Source: Chrysomallon squamiferum
Taxonomy: Eukaryota > Animalia > Mollusca
Direction: 5' to 3'
DNA length: 64,000 bases
Assembly (NCBI GenBank): GCA_012295275.1
Contig: CM022671.1
Span: forward strand, 10,044,001-10,108,000
This document shows, piece after piece, positions 1 to 12,847 of the stretch. Positions within the stretch are counted from its first letter, which is position 1. Every line of letters begins with the position of its first letter. A program made the translations under genes and the position numbers. Under the pieces are notes generated by a model that worked only from the letters and a program-made list of their open reading frames with translations, was not told the DNA's origin and did no database searches.

Positions 1-1437
1 TTATTATTTTTTTTTTTTTTTTGATATATGAGCGGTTTGGTATTTTAAAAGATATTGTCCTGTAATAAACTGAGTACTCACTCTTCAATCTATTATACTG
101 CAGAATACTTAATCATCGTCATATTTTATTTCAGTGAAATATTTTGTCATAATCAGCTGTGTAATTTATATCCATCGAGAGAACTTTAGAATCAGCCTGA
201 CATTGGAAAATAGTCGATTATTTTTGGCTAAATAATGACCTCTAAGGTTAGTTTTTGGTTTCACATAATTATATCACTATGTTTAGATAGTGACCAAATT
301 AAATCTCATTAGAATACCTCAGACATGTTGAGAATAATGATAGTTATTTATTCGTGCCATTTTACTTTTTAAGATACTGTAACCAACGCTGAACTAGCAA
401 GTCACTCCAGTAAACTAAATTATCTCATCTACGATCGTTCGAAAAACTGCATTTTCGATATCATTGAAAAAACAATAATTTTTCTTGGGACTGCCAAATA
501 ACATAAAATACGAATATTCACAATTGAATTATGACTTATTTATTAAGTTTAAATTGGACGTAAGGAATATATAAACATAACAAATAATATGAACAATTAA
601 CTTTCGAACAGCACATTTTTAAACACATATTAATTGATGAATTACTGATATTTTAAATTCTGTTATTTCTACTGTATTTTAGAAACTTGAAATTATTGGT
701 TCGTTAAATTGTGTATACTGTTGTTTTGTTGTTTTTACACAATATGTTTATTAATACAGTTCCGTGATCTCATACAGAAACTGTGATCTTTGTGTCTGAG
801 TAGTAAAAGTAGTAATGACAACAAAAGCAACAATAAACAACATTTAACTTTAAGAACCTTTTTAATTTTTGATGAAACATGTGTCGCAAACGATTTATAT
901 GTGAAATTTCAGAACATTTCATTTATTTATTTATATATATTTTTTTTTTTCGTTCTGGTGAAAATAACACATATAATACATTTTACTTATTTACTATTGA
1001 TCATATTTTGATAAAATTTTGGGAATTGGACCTTCTACAGTTATACATACTAATTTATTATCGGTTGACATTTGAAGATTGGACCCAAGTCGATTTTAAC
1101 CTAGGTCGGACATTACTATTCATAGAATCCATATTATTATATGTAATCATGGCATATCAAACTTAAGTCACCCATAGCTTTATTCTTCTTCTTCTTTTTT
1201 ATGAACCCTTTAATTAGTTTAAATCAAACACAGTTCACTCTACAATGTGTTTAATGACTGATACAAATAAACAACAAAACAACAACAAAAAATAACAATG
1301 AAATAAATAAAATAATAAAAATAAATAAATAAATAAATAAAGCCAGAATATTTACTGGTGCTGGAGAATGAACCAAACATTTCGCTGCCTTGGTTAGCTG
1401 ATGGAGTCGTTTTCTTCATAAATCTAGCGGTAAGGAC

Positions 1438-1481
<44 letters not shown>

Positions 1482-2579
1482 TTTTGAATAAAAACATTAA
1501 AAAATGTATCTTTGTTTATTTTTCAAGTAAAGTTCCTGATAGAATGATATTCATTCCACTTACCATTACCTAGGTCGATCTCCTAAGTCTACTGCTACTA
1601 CAGCTACCACTGCTCCTAAAATAACAGTTGTAAGTTTTCTCATGTGTAAAGATAAAAATAACATTATCAGTCCGCCGATACCCTACATTACGCGCATACA
1701 TACATACATATACAGATACATAAAAATGAGTAATCTGATCAGAATGTAGTACGAACTGAAATAATATAAATAAGTTGAACTAAAAAAATGTTGACAAAGG
1801 AGATCTTCAAAGGTACCTTAGATCCATAGCTTTCCCTAAATTAAGTCAGTTTATCTGCGAAATGGTATTTTGTTTTCAAATAAATAATTGTTTTACTGAT
1901 AAAACTAGAATCATTTTCTAAGTTAATTCAAAATTTTATATAAGCTATCTAAGGAATAATAATTAGTAGTATTTCAACAAAAGGAAGCTTTATTTCAGTA
2001 TGACACAATTCAAACTGGTATGTTGTTGATTTCGTAGCTGAGGAATGAATAAAATATTTATTAAATTATTTTTGTTGGCGAGTTGGTCTTATGTTTATGA
2101 CTATAGTATGTACTGCTTTAGAGCCTTTCTGGATGTATGTACGTTTTCCTGTAAATCCATTTGCCTAGCTGATGCGTATTGTTTTATCCAACATACATTT
2201 TAGCTGTCAATTTGTAACTTGAAAATAATGAATAATGTTAAAATGTTAGAGCATAATGTGGTGCATTCTTTCGTTTAGCTTTTTAAACATTAAAAGAAAT
2301 TCACTTGTAAAAATAAAACAACATAATAATAATAGTAAATAAATAAATAAATAAATAAATAAAAATAATGAAATTATGTTTTTTAACGTCAGATATGAAC
2401 ATACAATAACACAGACCTAATACTTATGATCTCAAATTATAAAACTAGACATAAATAAAAACTCTAGTAAAAAGTAAACATCGTGTAGAATAACAGTTTA
2501 CGGTCTGATTTAACATTATTCATTTGCAGTCAACAAATTACGATTAAGGAATAAAAGAAGAAAAAAAATGTTTCTTTTA

Positions 2580-2700
2580 TCAGTTACGCAGTCGGAACTG
2601 TCTCGTGAGACCAGACAAAAATAAATGCGACGTGGATGGAAGTTAGTGCCCTTGAATATCATGGCTCGTTAGTGACAGTGTGTGAATTTTTCATTGGTGT
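2580..2700 (+). promoter_or_regulatory. Likely MFSD5 promoter / first exon region
   Basis: Locally CpG-rich patch just upstream of the acceptor ttcctgcag (ends 2814). Contains near-palindrome TCTCGTGAGA (2601-2610), one base from the TCTCGCGAGA housekeeping-promoter motif, and two GTTAGT donors (2642, 2668). Confidence 0.45.
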
Positions 2701-2816
2701 ATATTGGAGAGTTTTGTTTATTTGTTTTTGTTAGATTTTTTTAAAAAGCATCTCATGTGATTTAACAGCTTTTCTTAAAAAATTAAATTAAAAATAATAA
2801 ATAATTTCCTGCAGAT

Positions 2817-3037
2817 ATGAATATCTTTTTGGCTGGGTTTTACATTCTGACAGTATTATGTGCTATTCTTTTTGTATATACCAAGACAACTTTGAAACCT
2901 GTAAATGATGTTGCCTTCCTGGGTTTTCAAAGAACCTATCTGTTCGTCTATTTACTAGCTATGGGTGAGTAATAGCAAACACTTTAGACCTAATTAAGAC
3001 TTTTTCAGCATTCAGATTTAGGATTATTACTTGACCA

Positions 3038-3098
<61 letters not shown>

Positions 3099-6000
3099 TG
3101 TTTCAAGGTCATGTTGAATTAAGATTTGTATTAATTTAAAACATGAATAAAATAATCTACAGAAACTTATTGATGGTACTGTAAATTTTAAAACATTAAT
3201 ATCAAATGCTGACATAATAATAATTAAATATATATTATAAAAATACTTATCGTAATGATATATTGTTTTCTTTCTTTTCTTTTTAAATTTAATTTTTTTT
3301 TTTACTTTTTCAATAGGTAATCTTTTTGAAATTTGAACTTGACAGCAAAAGTATTTTGAATATTTTGCATTGATTTCTTTGTTTTGCTGCTTCTGATATA
3401 AAGTGATTTTGTCAATCATTCTTAAAAGAGTTTTTTTTTCCTTCTAATCATTTAATGGAAAACAGTGTAAAATTCAAATTGTTTTTATTTAAATAAATAA
3501 ATTGAAAAAAATAACACTGTAACATCATTATTGTGATAACAATTAAAATTGATAGTTAAAATCTGAACAAAAATTAAAGGGGTAAAAAAGAAAGTAGAAA
3601 TAGGTATTCTCCAATGGAAGCATTTCAATTTAAAATGAGAATCAAAAACAATTTTTACATACCAAATGAAATCCCATAAACATTTCAAGCTATATTATCA
3701 GTGAGAGAATAAAATTAGTTGATTTGAAAATGAACAATGAGCATAAACATTGTTATAATATAATTTCCTTTTACAAACAAACTAATGTTCTATTGTTAAT
3801 ATTTAAAAAGTAATAACAATAATAATTTAAATTTTAGGAGGGGACTGGCTTCAAGGACCTCATGTGTATGCTTTGTATGAAAGCTATCACATGACAACAC
3901 ATCAGATTGAGATCCTGTTTGTGGCTGGATTTGGTTCCAGTATGATTGTTGGCACAGTGGTTGGTTCATTTGCTGACAGATAGTAAGTAATACATTTATA
4001 TATCATAAAATTATACAAGTGTCCATTTATTCATGGTATGAACTGACAGAAACAAATAGGTAAAAGAAATGATGTGTTTGTGATCATTTAATATCAGAAC
4101 CTGTGCTGATTTGTATTTGTTATAATGGAGAGAAAACTAATTTTACAGGAAGATACTGAATAAAAATAAATAGTATGTTCTACAACATTGTGCTAAAATT
4201 TTAATTAGGTATTTGTGAATTGTTTGCTGATAAGGAATATGGATTAGTTGCTTTGAAACTTAGTATTTTTCTAAGGGCTTGTGCAGTTATGAATGTTCAG
4301 AACTTTATCGTGTTTGAATGATATCACAAATAAATAAATATATTATTCTTTATGTCAGATACCTTCATAACAGATCTTAAATCACTGTATTATATAATAT
4401 ATGTTCCAACAGAACATTGGACATTTGTTATTTTTAAAACTAATTGTCATATACTAAAAATGAATGTAAGGTACTGGGTTGGAACAAAGATTTATAATAT
4501 TTTCTAAGTGAAGTTCAAAAACACAATTTAGATATTTGTGCATAGATTTATTTACTCACATATGTAGCATTTTGTTTTGGCATTCAGAATATATATATAT
4601 ACATGTCATAAATTTCAATCACATGTCAAATGAAAAGCGCATGCTCAAATGCCAACTGCTGAAAAAATGAGACAAACTTTGTTCTAGTCCAGCTTTTTAT
4701 CATACATAAATGATTGTTGCTTCCCTGTAATGCAGTTACTTTTTAAATCAAGATAATAACCTAATAATTTAAAACTGGTTAAACTGTAATTGCACATACA
4801 CTGCTGATATTAATATTAACACACACACACACACACACACACATTATTGTGTTATATCATTTGTATGCATGTGTACCAGAAAGATTATTTTTAATTTTGT
4901 TTAAGTATTTAAAAGAAAAACTAAAAAAACATGTTATGGAAGAAATGTTAAACTCTTCAGTGCAATATAAATATAATATTAATTTTACTACTTAACAGTG
5001 TTATTTTTGTTGTGTTCAATTTGTTTTCATTTAATCACATGTTTTCATGTAAAATAATTATTATGGGTCATTCCGTGTCAAATCACCCCAAAAAAAAAGA
5101 AATTTAAACCCAACCGTCTCAGATTTTTATAAAACTTGGTATACTTGTTGACTGGGATCCCACAGCACCAAATCTGAAATTTTAGCTCAATCAGACCAGT
5201 GGTGTGGGAGATACGGCCCACTGAATTTTGAGATTTTTGCCAAAAATGGGTGTGACCACCAACCTTAGAACCCTCATATCTCAGGAACTACTGGGCCAAT
5301 CTTCATAAAATTGGTATTGTTAGAAAGGCAAAATGACAAGGATACCAAATCTGCCATTTTTGTTTAGTTTGGAAAATATTGGAGTACCTTGACCTTTTGA
5401 CCTTTGCTATGACCTTGAAACTGACCGTGTGGATCACGTGATCTTGAGATGACCTTTATTGAAATTTAATCTCCCACATGTTAACTAAAACATTTAAAAG
5501 TTTCCTGGGTGTAATATTTTTTGTTTAGCCACAATATAGATTTAAAAAATGCACATACATAAAAATAACACCTTTTCAGCTATTAACATCTGATTAACTA
5601 AAACCTGAATGATCAATTCTGGATGCTAGGAATCACCATCTCTTTTGATCATCAAGTAAGACATTGTAGGCCTACATGTATGCATAAAGTTCACATATAA
5701 AAGTTTCCTGGGTATAATATTTTTTGTTTAGCCATAATAGAGATTTAAAAAAATGCATACCTGCATGGATGATTGATACAATGCATTACAATGTACATTT
5801 TTTCTGAGACTAAAAACTCATCTTTGGAGTTAAAACCCACCTGACATGTCTGAAGGAATGCCTGAAGGAAAGATGCCAAATGGCATGACATGTTCTACAC
5901 AATCAGGCTCAAAGGGTTAACAGGAAGTGATGCTTCAGGCAGGTCAGGAACTCCTTTAGATTCCCTGGTGCAATCCCCATTGAACACATGGCAATTAGAA

Positions 6001-9000
6001 GTTTAAGACAAAGAAGTTTAAGACAAAGAAGTTTCTTCATCTGCATTTCTTTGACAATCTGAAGCTTTTTAAGTTCGACACAATGTCAGATGTTGATATA
6101 TAAACAATATTTTTATTTCATAAAACCTATTAAGTAATTTTTATTTCATAAAACCTATTAAGTAATTTTATCATGTCATGTGGGCCTTGCCATTGGTTTT
6201 GAACAAGGTTTCAGTCAACAACAGTACAACCCAGTCTGAAATCAGACGTCTTCAAGTGATGTACTGCATAATGTATTTGTACACCCAGTATATCTTCGGC
6301 ACAGAGTATGAACAAGGTCTACTTCACCTTAATAAACTGTGATTTATACTTGAGAAGATTGACATAAATGCCCAAGACTTGTGGGCCTTTGGCAATAACA
6401 CATGTACTCTGCTGCCATTTTATGACCTGCTTAACTTTACTGAAAGGGTTTCAGGATTTGATTTAATATTTAGGTGCTGTGGGATCCCAGTCAACAATAT
6501 TCCAAGTTTCATAAAAATCTGAGACGGTTGGGTTTAAACCATTGGGTGATTTGACACGGAATGACCCATATATATATCATTTAAAAATAATATATGTATG
6601 AATTTAAATTAAATAATTATTATAAATATTATTTTGAGATAATTATTAACTGATTATACAGTAAGTGGTATTTGTATTATTTTAATAATATATGATTTTA
6701 TTCATAGTTGATCAATAATTTTAAAATAACAAATTGTTCTTTTTACAGTGGGCGTAAATTAAATTGTATCATTTATGGTGTTTTATATGGATTGGCATGT
6801 GTTACAAAGGTATGTGATTATATTAACATTTGATTCCAGCAGGGTTTTTTTTTTTTTTTTTTAAATTTATTATTATTAGTTTTTTTGTTTGTTTTTAGTT
6901 TTCTTTAGTGTTTCTTTTAATATCCATTTATTATAGTCACTGGAATATAATAAAAAAAGTTCCAATCTGAACTCTTTTCATTTATTATTCATCATATCAA
7001 ATACTAATCCTATTTATTTAACAGAAAATGTATATTGCAGAATTAAAGTTTTCATATGTCTTCTAGTTAAAGCTTCTTTTTTATTTATTTATTTATTTAT
7101 TATTACAGTAGTGTATTCTTGTCCCCCATTTTACGTGATAGTCTTGCTTATTTAATTTTTAGTTCTTCTCAATTCAGTACTTTCTTGTTTGACTGTTGGT
7201 CTGATTTAATGATTTTATATATATAAAATGTTTCTTCTGATTTCAGCATTTTGACAACTTCTGGGTACTGATGCTGGGGAGACTGTTAGGTGGAACAGCT
7301 ACATCTATCCTGTACAGTGCCTTTGAGTCCTGGCTGGTGTATGAACATCATCATGTAATCTTTTATAATATCAGTATCTATTTCTTTTTACCCTGCATTT
7401 GAAACCGTCATAATACCCCTTTAAATAATGTTATGTGCAAATGATGAAAAAATGCAAACTATATTAAATTTTACACAACATAAAATTATTTCATATATTA
7501 CAAGGAAATTAATCATCCATTTCTAAATTAGATTATCTCTTTTTGCTAGGTAATAGGGAGTTTGTTCAGAATTGAGCTTTGTTATTTAATATATTTTATA
7601 TCTAAAAAAAAAAAAGGAAATGTATTTCTTTCTTCTATAGCACATCATTATACTTAATATTTCATGTTTTTGTCTAATATGTAAAATGTATTTTATCTTT
7701 ACTCTGTGTATGTTACTTTCAGTGTTTATTAGGGGACAAAACAACATTTTTGTATACTTGTATTTATATTATTTAAAATTGCAATACATTTTTTTTAAAA
7801 AGGTATAAAATTGAAATGATATCGATTGCAAATTTTATAGTCATTAGAATTTTTTATCTTCCATTTTACATATCTTATTGTCTTGTAAACAAAAGGCCTT
7901 TAAAATCTTGTAAAAGGTGAATGAGGAGAACATTTGTACAATAAATAAATAAATATTTTGATTAGTTTGTTAGTGAAATAATATTTTGATTTAGAATATG
8001 AAAAGCAGTTACTTGAGCATTGTCACATGTTTGGATGCTGTAGAATTTTTTATTGTTGATTTTTTTGCTTACTTTTAATAGAGAAACTTTGACTCTGAAC
8101 TCTTGGGCAATGTGTTCAGTCATGCTATCTTGGGAAATTCACTTGTTGCCATCATTGCTGGTCTTGTTGCACAGTTCTTTGCTGACCAATTCGGTTTTGT
8201 GTAAGTTTACAGTCATTTATTATTCATATATGGCATGCTCAGTAGAGATCAAATGATTTTAAATTTCTAATGTCTACAAAAATAAGAACAATTTAGAGAA
8301 TTTATTTTCTTGTAGCATACAGTTTTAGATCACAGTAAGTGACTGATAAAAGAAAGTTTAACCAAGAACACAGAAAACATTGTAGCCTGATGTATTTTAG
8401 CCTGTACGTTTTTAGATCTTTTTTGAGAAGTAGCATGTGTTTCTTTTTGTAGTGCTCCATTTGATGTGTCACTGACAGTACTCATAACAATGATCATCTT
8501 CATCTACCTGACTTGGACTGAGAACTATGGTGACAAAACAAGCAACATGAGTCAGTCATACAAAAATGCATTTTCCTCTATAAAGACTGGTACTTTTTAA
8601 ATATTTTTATTATTCAAATTTGAGTTCTCACCGTGATTACTTTTGATTATAGTTTATTTGTTGTATTTTCTATTTGTAATATTTTTTATGTAATATTTTT
8701 TACAGGATCATGAGTGTTTCAGTGGCCTTTTCTGAATATATTAGGAGATAAGAGAAAAGTTTAATTGAATTTGTAGATTATTTGACTGAAATATGATTGA
8801 TTCTTCTTGTTTTTGCCAGCATCAGCAATTTGTGAATCAGTAGGAATGATAAGTTCTTTTCTGTCTGTAACTCAGTAAGAAAATGTGTTGTAAAAGATGT
8901 ATTAGGTATCATTAAACCACAAAAGTAAAACAACAAGAACAACACATTTCTGGCATCTTGTAAATATTAATAACAACACACGTGGACATGCCACTAAATA

Positions 9001-12000
9001 AATATCTAGTACTTCCAAATACAATGATTATCCAGATAAATTCATAGTAACAAAAGATATATATATAATGTGATGTAATATAAGTTATGTGATAAATTAA
9101 TTGAAATAAGAAATTAAAATAATGTAGCATGAGATGTGTGTTAAATTAGTTAAGGTAAGAAATGGTGAAAAATTGTGAATGATTTGCTACTTCAGATGTG
9201 CTGATTTCTAAATGTTGGATGATATTTATTTATTTTTTCTATGAGTGTTTCTTTACAAAAGATTGTTTCAGATGTGCTGATTTCTAAATGTTGGATGATA
9301 TTTATTTATTTTTTCTATGAGTGTTTCTTTACAAAAGATTGTTTCAGCTGATATATGAGGTTTTTTTTGTTTTGTTTTTTAATTTAGGGAGAAAAAAAAG
9401 TATATATATGTATATATATTCATATTCTTTTTTCTCCCTAAATATACAGTTATTCATGTAAGTAAAATGTGTATTAGTCAATATTCTTTGTTATTCTTTT
9501 TGTGTAAAACATATACTTTCTGGGGTTTTCTGAGTGTTATTTTATCATCTCAGATCACAAAGTGTTTTGTTTGGGAGCCATCCAGTCTTTGTTTGAAGGG
9601 TCGATGTATGTATTTGTTCTGGAATGGACCCCAGCACTGACTCCTGCTGATGCACACAGCAGTGGTCAGCGTAATCTGTTGGAAGAAAAGCAGACAAAAG
9701 ATGGACATCGAGGTAGTATACCTCATGGACATATTTTTGCAGCTTTCATGGTAAGTGATTAAAAACTGTCAGACCAGATAAAAGGAAATACAAAGGCCTA
9801 AATTCTTCCTAGTTTTATAAAAGCTGTAATAATATCAAGAATTCTTCATATGGAAAATATATAAAGTAAGTGGTAAAAAACATTGTTGCATTAATTTTTC
9901 TCTTTCACTGTCAAATGGTTTCCAATATATATTAGCTGGTAAGAACATTTATTTGATCACAAACTAATCAGATATCAAAGAAAGATACATTTATTTATGT
10001 CATTTAGACAGCTAAAGGTATCTTTCATCCATTCATTACTGTTGCTGTTAGTGATTAATCTAGTTTAGTTGTGAATACATCTGAGTACAGTCCCATCTTT
10101 TGTTTTCCTTCATAGGTTGCTGTGATGTTTGGCTCATGTCTGTTTAAAATCTTATCAAAATATACATCAATAGAGTCTTTCATGAGGTAAGTGCCAACAG
10201 CTTTGTGATTAAGTGTTAGGAACTCTATTGCAAGTTGCTAGTTGAAATTTCTCTATTAAGTAGACACTCACTCTGAGCATCCTGGTTCAAATATTTATCA
10301 AAGAATTTGAGTAAACCTAAGTAAATTCTGCTTTTAATTGTTTATCATGTTTTCAGAATGTAAATAATCTCTTAAGGCAGGGACATCATAAATGTCAGGA
10401 AACATCACTTGTCACTGTGTCTGTTAGGTTATTTCCTTTGGAAGAATACATAAAAAAGATTCCTTCCTACTAATCTAAACAGAATAATACATTATTTAGC
10501 TGCATCAGGTTTCCTTGCTAATTATCAGTCTGGGCTTAGCCACATGTGTGACACCATGCAACAGGAGATTAGTGTTGTTTTTAAATAAAATGTATTCTTT
10601 TTCTGTCATGCTGACAGTTTTATTATCAGCCTAGTGATATTTATTTAAACCTGCTCTGTATGAATACAGCATTAAAGTTCTAAAATTATTGATAATCAGT
10701 GATTATTAATATAGCTTAAGAAATTGTAGAATGTATTCCCTACAGGTGCAGCCAGACTTGCCTAATGTAATGAGCATATACAATAAATTCAGATGCTGTT
10801 AATTAATCTGTTATATTAATTGTGATGTAAAAAAAGATCTTATCACATTTAATATAGAATGTAACATCTGTAGGCAAAGTTTCAGTATTGATCTTTAACT
10901 GAATTACACCTTGTTTTGAAGTTGGACATTTAATCAATGTCAGTATTTATACAACAATTGACAGAAGTTTACATTACACAGGAATTGACTGATTTTACAT
11001 TAATAGCTGGTTTCAAAGAGCTAAGAAAATAAGAAGGTTCAATTAAATTTTTGACTCAATAACCATAGTGTTTCTGATAATTATATTTTAATTTTAAATA
11101 ACATAAAAGTTGTCACAAAATTTAATGAATTATTTTTATTAACTGCTAGTTTGAAAGATTTTTTCTAAAGTTCAATGATTATTTTGACTTAACAACCATG
11201 TAATGTTTTACTTAATTAAAATTTAATTTAATTTCTCCCTATACTGAATAATTTATTTTTTCTTTATTAATTACTAGTTAAAAAACAGCTGTAAAAAGTG
11301 TTTTTAATTTTTCCAACCAATAAAATATTTCAGCTTAATAGAGTTTTAGTGTGAGATAATCAATAATTTGTTACAGTGTTGTCTTCACTGATTTTATAAA
11401 TTTGTTTACCTTGTAATATGAAATATTAAAAATTCCTGATATGAAATGAATACATTATTTTTCTATATTATGTTTGATATTTTCAGGCCAGTTTTGTTAA
11501 TATCTGCTGTGTCTTTATTGATGCCAATTCTTTTTCCTGAGGTAATTATTATTGTTGTTGTTAATTATTTTTCTTACATTCATTTTAAATTTAAAAAAAA
11601 AAACAATTTATTATTATTTTTTTAATCACTATCAAAAACTAACTTATCTGTAATAATTTGTACAATTTTTTATTCTCTAGTCACTTGAGATGACAATTCT
11701 TTTCTTTTTCATAATTTTATTTTTATTATTTAAACAAAAATATATGTATTTGTTTTAGTAATTAATGTATTAATGACATAATAATTTTCTTAGAATTGCC
11801 TTTAATTTTTTTTTTTTTTTTTTTTTATATTTCATCATCTGCTTAATATATGACAGCTTTTTTAAAAAGTGTTTACTGTTATCATTAATGTTAGTTTTAA
11901 ATAAGTAATAATAACTGAATGCTGTTCTTTTCATTTCTTGACATACATAAAGATTTAGAGATGTTTTTTTGTTGTTGTTTTTTTCTAGAATCAGGCCATA

Positions 12001-12812
12001 ATATTTGTTGGTTTCCTTGTTTTTGAAACATGTGTTGGAATATTCTGGCCCTCTCTGGGAACAATGAGAGGAAAATATGTTCCAGAAGAAAGTAAGTAGT
12101 CTTGAAAAGAAAAATTTACAATCTCTTTGCTTCTTTTGGTTTCTACCCAAATTATTCTACTACTACTACTATTGTTACTATTATTATTTGTTTTTATATA
12201 TTTTTTTTATTGTTGTTATTTATTTATGTAATATTATTACTATTATTTTTTTTATATCTGCCTCTATAGGTTTATTATTGTTATTATTATTTTTATTTTT
12301 GTTTTTGTTTATTTATATATTTATTTGTTAATTCATATTATCGTGTTATCAGTTGTGCATCCTTTTTCTGATAAATACAATTGTCACTCATTTGTCACAA
12401 AAGAAGAAGAAAGAAAAACTTAAATTTTGAAAGCTTTTTATGTTTGCAATTTTTTTCTACTGATGTTCACACTACATATGTTGTAGAAAAATTGTTTGAA
12501 ATTGTTATTTATAATTTAAACACGTGATATATGAAATCTTTTTCATTTAGCTCGTGCAACCGTTATGAATTTTTTCCGCATTCCACTCAACATGATTGTG
12601 ATCATTATCTTATTACAGGTATCTTTAACTTTATTTTTTTTTTTTTTATATTCACCTACATCTGCATTTCTTTAGAAATTTTTAAACAGCAGATTATTTA
12701 TATATTTGTATGAAGCAGATAATTTACAAAAGAAAATATAAGTTGAGATTTTGTTTGTTTTTGTTTCTTTTTTTATTACACTTTTTTAATTTCTTATTAA
12801 ATTGTTTTATTA

Positions 12813-12847
<35 letters not shown>

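Noticed and set aside
9215-9280. Box C/D snoRNA-like ATGA...CTGA motifs
   Set aside because: No proper RUGAUGA box, terminal stem or recognisable rRNA guide; the pattern arises from the 76-bp duplication.
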